NCBI GenBank assembly: GCA_023255625.1
Contig: JAHFLF010000001.1
Coordinates: 94,255 to 158,254 of the forward strand
Length of the DNA: 64,000 bases
Reading direction: 5' to 3'
DNA from: Candidatus Harrisonbacteria bacterium
GTDB taxonomy: Bacteria > Patescibacteriota > Minisyncoccia > UBA6257 > 1-14-0-10-44-23
Position numbers and translations under genes: made by a program. Shown piece after piece: positions 18,073 through 27,293 of the stretch (position 1 is the first letter of the stretch; each line of letters begins with the position of its first letter). The notes under the pieces were generated by a model. That model was not told where the DNA came from. It was given only the letters and a program-made list of their open reading frames with translations, and did not search any database.

Positions 18073-19794
18073 TCATGCCACCTCTTGCTGGTAACAGGGC
18101 TCACAGTAAACGATCTCGGGCTGTGTTGGCGCGTATGAAGTTTGAATAGGATCCTTGCACTTCTGGCACTCACGATCATAGACCTGGAGCTTGGTGCGCT
18201 GGCTAATGCGGGCAAAGTGGCGGCAGTTTGAGCAAAGCCTCGGGAGCGGCAGATTCATGCTGCGATAAAATGCGAGTTCATCAGGAAGTACGCGGAATGC
18301 AAGCGTACATTGGTCATTGCACGATCCGGCATGCTCGCAGCCAATAATATCTGCAGTAATAGCATCCGGAACGTCCTTAATATTATCCGGTAACTCACTC
18401 GCCGGCTTAGTCACTGTATAGTTGCGCTGTGCCGCATCGCGCCACGTAAAACCACTCGCTTGTGCCTGCTCTTTGGTAAGCGGAAAGTTCTCTTGTGCCA
18501 GCGTCTCGTTGTAGGCAAACGGCGAAAGCTCTGCCGGAAAATACTCGCCATATTTGTAAATCCTCCCCTGTGCATCTAGATATGGCATTGCATCCATCTG
18601 CGCCTTAATCTTTGCAACCAGCGCAACATACTCCTCTTTTGAATACTGCTTGTTTAAAATGCAGTACTCTTTTTTGCGGAGTCCAACGCAGCCAAATAAA
18701 TTTGATGAGGCCTGACACATATACGAATACTCAATGTCATGCACCTGCTCCTGCACGTTGTAGCAAAACTTGATGTTGTTGGTGCCGAGACCGCACGCAG
18801 TGCATTCATAAATCTGCTGGTTACCTGCTCCCCACGCAGTGTAGTCATAACAATCTTTGCTGGCGGGCGTCTCCTGTACATACTGACAGTAACGCAAATT
18901 CTCGCCTTCACGCACTAAAAATGAGTTGCGCACATTGCGAGAGTGGGAAATGTAATTGCCAGAAACATCGGTATTCTGCAGGCCATTAATATACTTATTG
19001 GGGAACTTCAGCCAGAACGCCCTCGCCTGCTCCCGCATAGCCTGCACGGCCGCATACGAACCAAGATTATATTCAGTAATCTTTTTCTCATACTCCTCCT
19101 TCGTATACTGCTCATTCCATATGCAGTAAGACTTTTTACGCAACCCGACGCAACCAAAACAGTTGCTTACGCCGACACAGTCTTTGGAAAATGCAATGTC
19201 GTACGAGCTCTCACATTGCGAAGAAAAAATCGCGTTGCGACACGAAGAAAGCCAAAATCCTTCATAGCATCGCTCAGACTTTTGAAGATGCGAATTATCA
19301 ACGCAATTCTTCACGCCGCCCAGCCCGTTGCCATACATGCAGTCCTCTGCGCCCTGGCCGTTGAAAGTTAAATAACAATTTTTTGGATCAGTAAAATTAT
19401 TCACATAATCACTATTCACGCCATTTACCACATTCAGATTTTTAAGCGGTACGCTGTGGAGCAATTCTTTGAACTGCTCAAAAAATGACTTTGCTTCATC
19501 AAAGTCGCGGCCATAGGTCATCGGGTCCCACAAATCAGAAAGCCAGACATCTTTTTCGTATACCTTCACGGACGAGTCGGGTGCAAAGGCAGAAAAAATA
19601 TCCTTGCCCGAATAATCACTCTTCCGTTTAAATAAAAATCGTTCATTACGAAACGCCATTCTGCGCTGTGCCCGACACAACCAACAAAACGTTGGCGGCG
19701 GCACCGAAACTTTTTTGTAAAATTCCAAATCAGCAGAATCAATAATGAAATCCTGTTTGCAGTTCTGGCAATTTCTAGTTTCCGAGGTTGTCAT
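18073..19794 (-). CDS. Cys-rich repeat protein with terminal zinc ribbons (paralog 1)
   Basis: CxxC at both termini, repeated CFGCVGL/CY motifs, ends CYQQEVA. Confidence 0.85.
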   Translation of the reverse strand: MTTSETRNCQNCKQDFIIDSADLEFYKKVSVPPPTFCWLCRAQRRMAFRNERFLFKRKSDYSGKDIFSAFAPDSSVKVYEKDVWLSDLWDPMTYGRDFDEAKSFFEQFKELLHSVPLKNLNVVNGVNSDYVNNFTDPKNCYLTFNGQGAEDCMYGNGLGGVKNCVDNSHLQKSERCYEGFWLSSCRNAIFSSQCESSYDIAFSKDCVGVSNCFGCVGLRKKSYCIWNEQYTKEEYEKKITEYNLGSYAAVQAMREQARAFWLKFPNKYINGLQNTDVSGNYISHSRNVRNSFLVREGENLRYCQYVQETPASKDCYDYTAWGAGNQQIYECTACGLGTNNIKFCYNVQEQVHDIEYSYMCQASSNLFGCVGLRKKEYCILNKQYSKEEYVALVAKIKAQMDAMPYLDAQGRIYKYGEYFPAELSPFAYNETLAQENFPLTKEQAQASGFTWRDAAQRNYTVTKPASELPDNIKDVPDAITADIIGCEHAGSCNDQCTLAFRVLPDELAFYRSMNLPLPRLCSNCRHFARISQRTKLQVYDRECQKCKDPIQTSYAPTQPEIVYCEPCYQQEVA

Positions 19795-19822
19795 AGCTAC
19801 CAACCTAATGATACCACCTAAC

Positions 19823-20989
19823 TTAACCTAAAAATTTCTCACTGTGTTTTACCAAATCAGTGTAATAGTTCATATATGAATCAGCCAAGGCTTGATCTTT
19901 TATTTCTATAACCGTCGGGATAGGATCAAAAATCTGCAAAAGTACGGTGCCATCGCTATTGATGTTAATATCAGCCATATTTTGCATGCTCCGCGAAAGT
20001 ATAGATAAATTATTTAAATGCGGACATTCTTTCGCGAGCCGCCTGTCTTCTTCACCATATTCATACATCAACATATCCCACGCAATATTCTTTTTGACAC
20101 GCAGTGCATCGTATTCTTTGTACGCGTTTCCCATCGGCCCGTACCATGTGTTTCCTAATCCCCCGATGATTGTAATCCGACTATTTTCAGGTAACCGATT
20201 GAGCAATGCTAAATGATATGCCTGAAACTCTTCCTTGCCGGAATATATTTTTACATTAGACGCGCCCAAGGAGGCGTTGGCAATGAAATTACTGATTCGT
20301 TTATTTTTTGACTCCAAAAGAAATTCATACGACTTTCCTTTTTTAATAATTTCCCCGTTTTCCATAAAGCAAACCGTATCGGCATTGGAAATGGCAAAAT
20401 TAATGTCATGTGCAACCATGAGAATACCGACGCCTCTTTTTTTAATCGCAACTAAGTGCGACAAAATAATTTCTGACTGCTCAACATCAAGCGAAGAGGT
20501 AATCTCGTCTAATAATAAATACTGCGGTTTGAGGGCAAGCGCGCGTACGAGCGCCACCCGTTGCCGCTGTCCGACCGAAGCCTCATTCGGAAAACGGTCA
20601 AGAAAACCTTTCATCTCAAACATTTCATAGAGCTCCTCAAGATACTCTGTGTTATCTTTTAAAGCGCCCCGCACTTCAAGTGGTAATTCAATATTTTTCC
20701 GAAGCGTCAGGTGCGGCCAAATAAACAATTGCTGAAAAACAACGGAAACCCGCGGCCACGGCGGGACAATGTCTTGAGGGGCCAGAGGGAAAGAGTATCC
20801 AGTAGAATCTATTGTCATTGTCCCTGTTTCGGGCAAATCCAACAAAGAGATTGCCTTGAGCAGTGTCGTCTTGCCGCTTCCGCTTGGGCCGATTATAGAA
20901 GTAATCGTTCCTGGTTTAACCTCTAAGCTAACGTTACGCAAAACAACATGGTCACCGAATTTTTTTGTTATGTTAGTTACTCGCAACAT
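19823..20989 (-). CDS. polar amino-acid ABC ATPase with C-terminal extension
   Basis: GPSGSGKT, VFQQ, SVGQRQR, LLLDE; about 140 extra C-terminal aa. Confidence 0.88.
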   Translation of the reverse strand: MLRVTNITKKFGDHVVLRNVSLEVKPGTITSIIGPSGSGKTTLLKAISLLDLPETGTMTIDSTGYSFPLAPQDIVPPWPRVSVVFQQLFIWPHLTLRKNIELPLEVRGALKDNTEYLEELYEMFEMKGFLDRFPNEASVGQRQRVALVRALALKPQYLLLDEITSSLDVEQSEIILSHLVAIKKRGVGILMVAHDINFAISNADTVCFMENGEIIKKGKSYEFLLESKNKRISNFIANASLGASNVKIYSGKEEFQAYHLALLNRLPENSRITIIGGLGNTWYGPMGNAYKEYDALRVKKNIAWDMLMYEYGEEDRRLAKECPHLNNLSILSRSMQNMADININSDGTVLLQIFDPIPTVIEIKDQALADSYMNYYTDLVKHSEKFLG

Positions 20990-20990
20990 A

Positions 20991-21656
20991 TTATTTTTCG
21001 GACAAGTTTCTCGTGTATTTATTTTTGAACCAATATGCGAGTAGATTAAGCGGTAAGCAGATTGCGATGAAGAACACGGCAAGTGCTGTATAGATTTCTA
21101 TGGGCTTGTACACTACCGAGTTAATCTGTTGCGCCACACGAAAAAGCTCTGAGACAGAAATCAGACTGGCGAATAAAGTCAGTTGAAGCATGCTGACTTG
21201 CAGGGTAAGAAATTGCGGAATAGTCTGGCGAAAAATAATCGGCAGCTCTATTTTTGAAAAAATTTCTCTCGCTGTAAGTCCGCACACCTTCCCCGCGATC
21301 ACATACTGATCTGGAAAATCATCCAGCGCATCTCTAACTATTTGAGCAACGCCCACAATATTAATTAAGGAAAGTGCAAATGCTGCGGTTATGAATGGAA
21401 TAATCACGACCCCAAGAAGCGCTTGGAGTGGATAATGCAGCCAGAACAAAAGCACTAAAACTGGCGTACTCGCCAAAAGAAAAGAAAGAATTTTAAGAAA
21501 CCAACCGGTACTTTCTTTTTGCCGATGCGCAAACGCTCCAAAGAGTACGCCGAAAACCAAGCCCGAAAACCAAATAATCAGGCACAATCCAAGAGTTACA
21601 AGAAGGCCTGATAGCAGGCCTTCTTTGTAGGTGTAAATTATATTCCACACTGACAT
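20991..21656 (-). CDS. amino-acid ABC permease
   Basis: TPVLVLLF, SLISVSELF; HisM/GlnP-like. Confidence 0.88.
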   Translation of the reverse strand: MSVWNIIYTYKEGLLSGLLVTLGLCLIIWFSGLVFGVLFGAFAHRQKESTGWFLKILSFLLASTPVLVLLFWLHYPLQALLGVVIIPFITAAFALSLINIVGVAQIVRDALDDFPDQYVIAGKVCGLTAREIFSKIELPIIFRQTIPQFLTLQVSMLQLTLFASLISVSELFRVAQQINSVVYKPIEIYTALAVFFIAICLPLNLLAYWFKNKYTRNLSEK

Positions 21657-21660
21657 ACGG

Positions 21661-22539
21661 TTACTTGGCAACTACATATGGCGGCGCAGCCCGGTAGAAA
21701 CCGCCCGGGTAGTCTTTTTCAAATCCGTTGATTACGCCGTCAACATAGCCGTTATTCAATAATTCAATAAGAGCATTATCAATGGTTGACTTGAATGTAA
21801 ACTCTCCCTTTTTGATCATCATGACATTGCCGTAGATGACGACCGGCTTAACAACGGAAACATTTTTTACTTTCCCGGGGTTATTTTTTATGTACGCATT
21901 GGCAACTGTCGGCTCTAAAAATGCCATATCAACTTTGCCATCAACAACATTGAGAAGCATTTGAGAAACGTCTGTCAGCTGCGGCAATTGGAGAGTCTTA
22001 GCATTTGGGAATTGGCGAGAAGCGATCAGTTGTGATGTTTCTCCGTCAATAGTCGCTAATTTATAATTTGCGTTATTCGCAACCGTTACATCACTGTTAA
22101 ATCTATTATCACTGGCGCGGACATATGCGTTAATAGCGCTATAGTAAACGGGCTCCGAAAACTCCGCACTTTTACCGCGTGTTGAATTACTCCACGACGG
22201 AGAACCGATAATGTCGCATTTGCTGGAATTAAGGGCTTCAATCATATCTCCCCAACCAACTTCGGTATTCCAATCAACTTTCAGGCCCATATTTTCTGCC
22301 GCCTTGTCCAACGTTTGCACGAACACACCTGATAATTTCCCGGTATTGGGGTCTTTAATAGAGGCCGGCGGGTAGACGACATAGCAAGCCCGTATAGTGC
22401 CGGAACTAATTACTCTGTCGTACACGGAACTCCCTGCTAAACTTACCGGCGAAGAACCGGACAATTTTATCGTAATTAAACTCACTACGACAGTCAGAAT
22501 CACAACGCCAAGGATTTTGAACCAATTTCCATTTTTCAT
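21661..22539 (-). CDS. amino-acid ABC substrate-binding protein (family 3)
   Basis: YPP, WGDMIEAL..KCDII, FSEP. Confidence 0.88.
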   Translation of the reverse strand: MKNGNWFKILGVVILTVVVSLITIKLSGSSPVSLAGSSVYDRVISSGTIRACYVVYPPASIKDPNTGKLSGVFVQTLDKAAENMGLKVDWNTEVGWGDMIEALNSSKCDIIGSPSWSNSTRGKSAEFSEPVYYSAINAYVRASDNRFNSDVTVANNANYKLATIDGETSQLIASRQFPNAKTLQLPQLTDVSQMLLNVVDGKVDMAFLEPTVANAYIKNNPGKVKNVSVVKPVVIYGNVMMIKKGEFTFKSTIDNALIELLNNGYVDGVINGFEKDYPGGFYRAAPPYVVAK

Positions 22540-22600
22540 AATTAATAAAGATATTTGATAATAATGATACCACGCTCATAGCGGCTCACTTTTGCCCGAC

Positions 22601-22749
22601 GAAAACAAAAGAGCGCCCAACTTAGAGCCTTTCTCGGCTCGTGGTCGCTCAAATTCAGATCCGAAGGTGCGATCTCGCTTTCGTCCGCACGCTCAGATCA
22701 AAATTCAATACTACGCATTCAAGATAGCATGAATTCAAAATCCTGTCAA
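22601..22749 (-). ncRNA. promoter-hairpin-terminator RNA motif, copy 1
   Basis: TTGACA-17-TATCTT; long G-U stem; GAGCG...CGCTC-TTTTG. Confidence 0.65.
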
Positions 22750-22754
22750 TCCCC

Positions 22755-22798
22755 CGCTGTTATACTAATTCCACGGCCGTTGAATTAGTATAACAGCG
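22755..22798. repeat. 17-bp perfect inverted repeat
   Basis: CGCTGTTATACTAATTC / GAATTAGTATAACAGCG. Confidence 0.85.
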
Positions 22799-22823
22799 AC
22801 TTTATTTTTACTAACTAACCGAC

Positions 22824-22847
22824 TCACGCCACCTCTTGCTGATAGCA
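22824..22847 (-). pseudogene. remnant 3' end (CYQQEVA*) of a third Cys-rich paralog
   Basis: TGCTATCAGCAAGAGGTGGCGTGA. Confidence 0.7.
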
Positions 22848-22881
22848 CCCCAGTACTAGAACCTGCTGGTTCAGTACGGGG
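22848..22881. repeat. CCCC...TACGGGG REP-like hairpin
   Basis: Near-identical to 8357-8390; related copy near 28104-28137. Confidence 0.8.
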
Positions 22882-22897
22882 CATGCTCAATACACAA

Positions 22898-24637
22898 TTA
22901 TGCTACCTCTTGTTGATAACATTCTATGCAATATACTTTTTCGGGCCGGTCGGGGGCGTACGAAGTTTCAAATTGATTTTGGCATTGGGTTTCACCGTGC
23001 TGGTGCGTGGCCGCTCCCGGGCACTGACACGAACGCGGCCAGAGTGTAAGAGGATTGCGTTTCGCAATGCGCTCATAATGGCGGCAGTTTGGGCAGAGCC
23101 GCGGCAATGGCAATGATGCAAGTTTATAGAGAGTCAGGTCTTCCGGCAAAATTCTGAATGCGGTCGTACACTGATGCATGCATCCGTTATGAGCACAACT
23201 TATAATTGCCTTGGTCACCTCATCGCCAGCATCTGCGGCAGAATCCGGCAACTCATCTGGCTGCATCGTAATTTTATAGTTACGCTGCGGTTCATCTCGC
23301 CAGCCATAGCCGGCCACAATAGCATCTTCTTTTGAGAGAGGGAAGAAATCGTGCCCCATTGTTTCGTTGTACACAAATGGCGACAAATCACTTGGAAAAA
23401 ATTCGCCGTACTTGTAGACAAGCCCGCGCTTATCAATATATGGCGTCGTGTCCATTTGCATTTTTATCTTTCCGACCATCGTCTCATACTCCTCTTTGGT
23501 GTATTGCTTGTTCAAAATACAGTACTGACTTTTTTTCATACCAACGCAACCAAACAAATCTTTAGATCCGTGGCAGTTCATGACATATTCGCAATCAATG
23601 ACTTGCTCCCAGCACTCATTGGCAAATTTTAAATTGGCTATTTGTCTACCACAGTTTTGAACTTCATACATACGCTCGGCCGTCGCTCCCCAATGGTTAA
23701 AATCCATTGAATCTTTTGCATCAAAAAGCGAAAGCCCGTACCGAACATTCTGAACATTACGACAGGTGAAAGAACGGGAGACATCCTGACAATGGTCAAT
23801 CCAGTTGCCGCTCACTCGCATCCCTTGGCGCACAACAAGAGCCGGGACAATGAACTGTCTTTTAAATTCATCAAATTTTTTGCGAAGCAGCTCAACGGAA
23901 CGAGCCGAATGTATATTGAGTTCAGCAATTTTTTTCTCATACTCCTCTTTAGTGTACTGTTCGTTCCATATACAGTACTGTTTATTTTTCAAATTTACGC
24001 AGCCGAAAGAATTTTGAACATTCATACAGTTCAGCAAAAACCACGAGTCCGAGCAGTTATTTGATTCTTGCGAAAAGGCAACGCTGTAGCACTGCGAACA
24101 ATCAATGCACTCATAACACCGCTCTGATTTTTGTGTGCCAAAACAATCTAAACACTCTTTTGAGGACATAATCCAGGTACTATACCGAGAGTTTTCCGCG
24201 CCGGTCGTTGCAAACACAAGATAACAATTTTTCATATCTGTTACCCGATTTGTATACTCACTATTGATACTCTGACCCTGCTTGATAATGCCCGGGCGAG
24301 GCACGGCAAGCAGCAATTCTTTGAACTGCTCGAAAAATGGCCGGGTAAAATCGTAATCGCGCGCATATGTTTTTGCATCCCACGACTCTGACCACCAGCA
24401 CGGATAGCAAAAAACAGAATGAGGGCTGTCTGGGCTGTACATCAAAATCTTTTCCTGCTTGCAAAGTCCGCATGGACGCTTAAATAGTGTTCGCTCACTA
24501 CGCCAAATAAATCGCCGGAGCAGCCGGCACTGCGGACAAAATGTCGGCTCGGGTACTTTAAGCATGGTTAAAAACTCCGTGTCCTCCGCGGTAATTTCAA
24601 ACTGCTGCTTGCACTGCTGACAATTTTTTGCTGCCAT
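22898..24637 (-). CDS. Cys-rich repeat protein with zinc ribbons (paralog 2)
   Basis: Collinear with 18073-19794 (PTFC, YGEFFP..LSPF.YNET, LPRLC.NCRH). Confidence 0.85.
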   Translation of the reverse strand: MAAKNCQQCKQQFEITAEDTEFLTMLKVPEPTFCPQCRLLRRFIWRSERTLFKRPCGLCKQEKILMYSPDSPHSVFCYPCWWSESWDAKTYARDYDFTRPFFEQFKELLLAVPRPGIIKQGQSINSEYTNRVTDMKNCYLVFATTGAENSRYSTWIMSSKECLDCFGTQKSERCYECIDCSQCYSVAFSQESNNCSDSWFLLNCMNVQNSFGCVNLKNKQYCIWNEQYTKEEYEKKIAELNIHSARSVELLRKKFDEFKRQFIVPALVVRQGMRVSGNWIDHCQDVSRSFTCRNVQNVRYGLSLFDAKDSMDFNHWGATAERMYEVQNCGRQIANLKFANECWEQVIDCEYVMNCHGSKDLFGCVGMKKSQYCILNKQYTKEEYETMVGKIKMQMDTTPYIDKRGLVYKYGEFFPSDLSPFVYNETMGHDFFPLSKEDAIVAGYGWRDEPQRNYKITMQPDELPDSAADAGDEVTKAIISCAHNGCMHQCTTAFRILPEDLTLYKLASLPLPRLCPNCRHYERIAKRNPLTLWPRSCQCPGAATHQHGETQCQNQFETSYAPDRPEKVYCIECYQQEVA

Positions 24638-24700
24638 AAAAAATAACTACTATTATATTAATTAATAGTAGCATTGGCAGCTGCGCGAGGACTGGTCGCA

Positions 24701-24830
24701 CAACAAAAAGCGGCAAAATATATTGCTCGCTTCAATCCAGATCTAAACGCGCGATTTTCGACTATCCTCACGCTCAGATCCAAACTCAATGCTCTATGAT
24801 TACTTTAGCACTGATTGAGCGCCTTGTAAA
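24701..24830 (-). ncRNA. promoter-hairpin-terminator RNA motif, copy 2
   Basis: TTTACA-17-TAAAGT; 18-bp stem enclosing AGGATAGTCGAAAATCG; terminator. Confidence 0.65.
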
Positions 24831-24836
24831 TGTTCG

Positions 24837-24867
24837 CGGGCCGGCACACCTTGCGGTGGCCGGCCCG
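24837..24867 (-). terminator. GC-rich hairpin after orphan gene
   Basis: CGGGCCGGC...GCCGGCCCG. Confidence 0.55.
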
Positions 24868-24875
24868 GAATTGCT

Positions 24876-25349
24876 TCATGGGTCTCTCCTTGTTGCTTGA
24901 GCTACGAGCGGCGCCAAGACCCTCGTCAAGCTCTTGGCGGCTGCGCCACTGCAGTCGATAGGGGCAACCAAACTACTAAGCGCATCAAGCCACTCCGGGT
25001 CTTGAGGGGTAGTAACCAACATGAATAGCTGGCAAAGCACCTTCCCTCTCGAGCCATCGCTCGGTCGCCCATACTCTAACGCCTCAACGGTATCCTGCAA
25101 GGAACCCCAGAACATGTGAATGCAGGAGTTGCTAGCAGGCCACTCGTGGGCACAACCGTCATGGCTCTCAGCGATTGTCCTCTGAGTCTTGCCATCGTTG
25201 AACTCAAGGCGGGCCCGGCCGTTGCCGTCTTTCAAAAATCCGACAACGAAGTACGGGAAACCGTCACCCATGGGCCCGGTTCGGATCTTCCGCGTCGCCA
25301 CAACCTCCCATCCGTCGAACGCCCGAATGCTCTTATCGATCTTGCTCAT
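24876..25349 (-). CDS. orphan protein, SD-led
   Basis: AAAGAGGTGGACA-ATG; 157 aa. Confidence 0.6.
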   Translation of the reverse strand: MSKIDKSIRAFDGWEVVATRKIRTGPMGDGFPYFVVGFLKDGNGRARLEFNDGKTQRTIAESHDGCAHEWPASNSCIHMFWGSLQDTVEALEYGRPSDGSRGKVLCQLFMLVTTPQDPEWLDALSSLVAPIDCSGAAAKSLTRVLAPLVAQATRRDP

Positions 25350-25371
25350 TGTCCACCTCTTTAGTTTTGGA

Positions 25372-25501
25372 GAAAAAACAAAAAGAGCCCTCAACGCGAG
25401 TGCTCAAATACAGATCCTAAAGCGCGATTTTCGACTATCCTCGCCGTAAGACCTACATTCAATGACAAAATAAGATTAGCATATCATAGCCAATCTGTCA
25501 A
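25372..25501 (-). ncRNA. promoter-hairpin-terminator RNA motif, copy 3
   Basis: TTGACA-17-TAATCT; 16-bp G-U stem; same GAGGATAGTCGAAAATCGCGC core as copy 2. Confidence 0.65.
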
Positions 25502-25538
25502 TCTCTATTTACCTATTCGTACGAATGAGGGCATAGAA

Positions 25539-25631
25539 AAATCCCTCACCGCCTGGTGGCGGTACTCCCTTTAGACGCGGACAACAAATCCCTCACCGCT
25601 ACTGCGGTCCCCTCCCTTTAGGAAAGGGAGA
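25539..25631. repeat. tandem REP-like units
   Basis: AAATCCCTCACCGC...GCGGT...CTCCCTTTAG twice. Confidence 0.65.
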
Positions 25632-25634
25632 ATA

Positions 25635-26339
25635 CTACACCAACGGCCTGCGTTGCTTTTCAATAATTTCAAGTGCTTTTTTGGCTGCGTCTACCTCGCC
25701 GTCTTGTTTGGATGGCCCGCTCCCCTGTGCAACCAGTTTGTCACCAAAATACACGCCAATCGTAAACATTTTTTTGTGGTCAGGCCCTTCTGAAGATAAT
25801 ACTTTGTATACCGGCGTAACTTTAAGCGAGGCCTGCACCTTTTCTTGCAGCAAACTTTTTGCGTCAACATGAAGCGCGTTACGGATAATATCCTCAAGCC
25901 GACTCGTCACAAAGGTGTTAATAAACTTTTTGGCCGCTTTATACTCCCCGTCTAAATAAATGGCGCCAATGAGTGACTCAAATGCATTGGCTAGAATAAC
26001 CTCACGGGCACGCCCGGTGTCTTTCGCCTCACCGCGAGAAAGCAAGACGGCTCCGTCAATCCCGATGCCGCGGGCAACTTCAGCAAGCGTTACATAGTTA
26101 ACGAGCGCAGCACGCACCGAAGTCATCCAGCCCTCTTCTTTGTCTGGGTAGCGATTAAACAGCTCCTCGGTAATCACAAGCTCAAGCACGGCGTCGCCCA
26201 AAAATTCCAGCCGCTCGTTGTTGGCTATCTTCCACTCCGGATGCTCGTTTAAGTAGGAGCGGTGCGTGAGCGCCTCCTGGAGGAGAGCGACACTTGAGAA
26301 CTTATATTTGATTGTTTTCTGGAATTCTTCTTGTTGCAT
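25635..26339 (-). CDS. rnc: ribonuclease III
   Basis: ALTHRSY, NERLEFLGDAVLEL, C-terminal dsRBD. Confidence 0.98.
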   Translation of the reverse strand: MQQEEFQKTIKYKFSSVALLQEALTHRSYLNEHPEWKIANNERLEFLGDAVLELVITEELFNRYPDKEEGWMTSVRAALVNYVTLAEVARGIGIDGAVLLSRGEAKDTGRAREVILANAFESLIGAIYLDGEYKAAKKFINTFVTSRLEDIIRNALHVDAKSLLQEKVQASLKVTPVYKVLSSEGPDHKKMFTIGVYFGDKLVAQGSGPSKQDGEVDAAKKALEIIEKQRRPLV

Positions 26340-26423
26340 ATATCGTAGGAGCTTGTCAGCTGTTCAGCTTATCAGCTTTGCCAGCTTTTAGAAACCTACC
26401 TGACAAGCTAAAAAGCTAACTAG

Positions 26424-26861
26424 CTAAGAAGATTTCTCTTCTTCTTTCATTTTCTGATACACCGTGCCGAGAACGCCATTAATGAATTTGCCCGAGTTTG
26501 GCCCGCCATAACTTTTTGCCAGCTCAATCGCCTCGTCAATCGCTACTGCTGGCGGCACCTCTTTGCGATCCGCATACTTCAATTCATAAAGTCCGATCCG
26601 AAGCGCATTACGATCAATTACTGCGATTTGTTCAATCGGCCACTCCGGCGCGGCTTCAACAATCAATTTGTCAATTTCAACCAGATGCTCGACAATACCG
26701 TGAGCAATCTTGGCCGTAAATTCTTTTTCTCTCTCAAGCCCAGGCCCAAACTCCATGCTATTGCGCGCGATAATATCGTCAAGATTAATTTTGCGGCCTT
26801 CAAAATCCCACTCGTAGAGGGATTGAAGAACTATTGAGCGGGCGAGTTGTCGTGATGCCAT
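26424..26861 (-). CDS. nusB: transcription antitermination factor NusB
   Basis: [32 protein letters not shown]. Confidence 0.97.
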   Translation of the reverse strand: MASRQLARSIVLQSLYEWDFEGRKINLDDIIARNSMEFGPGLEREKEFTAKIAHGIVEHLVEIDKLIVEAAPEWPIEQIAVIDRNALRIGLYELKYADRKEVPPAVAIDEAIELAKSYGGPNSGKFINGVLGTVYQKMKEEEKSS

Positions 26862-26947
26862 ACAGTATTCGCAAACACGCTAATAAAAACTAATACGCTA
26901 ATCATACACGAAGTCAATCAATTCGTGTATTCGCGATTATTCGCGTG

Positions 26948-27106
26948 TTAGTGATTGCTGGCCCACTTCTTCGGAATAATCCGATGCGGAAATGTCGGCA
27001 TCTTTGTCGCCTTGTCTGCAACAATGTTCAGCGGCTTGAGCGCTAAATGAGAACGGCGGCGGCGGACTTTTCCGCTTGTCGGATGTTTTGGAGGTAGTGA
27101 ACCCAT
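26948..27106 (-). CDS. rpmF: 50S ribosomal protein L32, Cys-free (missing from the ORF track)
   Basis: MGSLPPKHPTSGKVRRRRSHLALKPLNIVADKATKMPTFPHRII...; upstream of nusB. Confidence 0.8.
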   Translation of the reverse strand: MGSLPPKHPTSGKVRRRRSHLALKPLNIVADKATKMPTFPHRIIPKKWASNH

Positions 27107-27293
27107 ATAAACTAGTTAATCGGTTAGTCAGTTAGTTGGTTAGTTAGTTTAAAACTCGGAAGCAATGCAAAAAAGGATACCAGGAAGATAAAAAAGATGC
27201 AAATTTGGAAATTTATTTTGTCGGGGCGGCGCGCTTCGCGCACCGCCCCGACGACTGCCCGCCTTGGGCGGGCTTACCCCCTGGAGAGCGGAG

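Noticed and set aside
22601-25501. T-box or guanidine-II riboswitch
   Set aside because: No UGGNACC antiterminator bulge and no twin ACGR hairpins; kept as an unknown motif.
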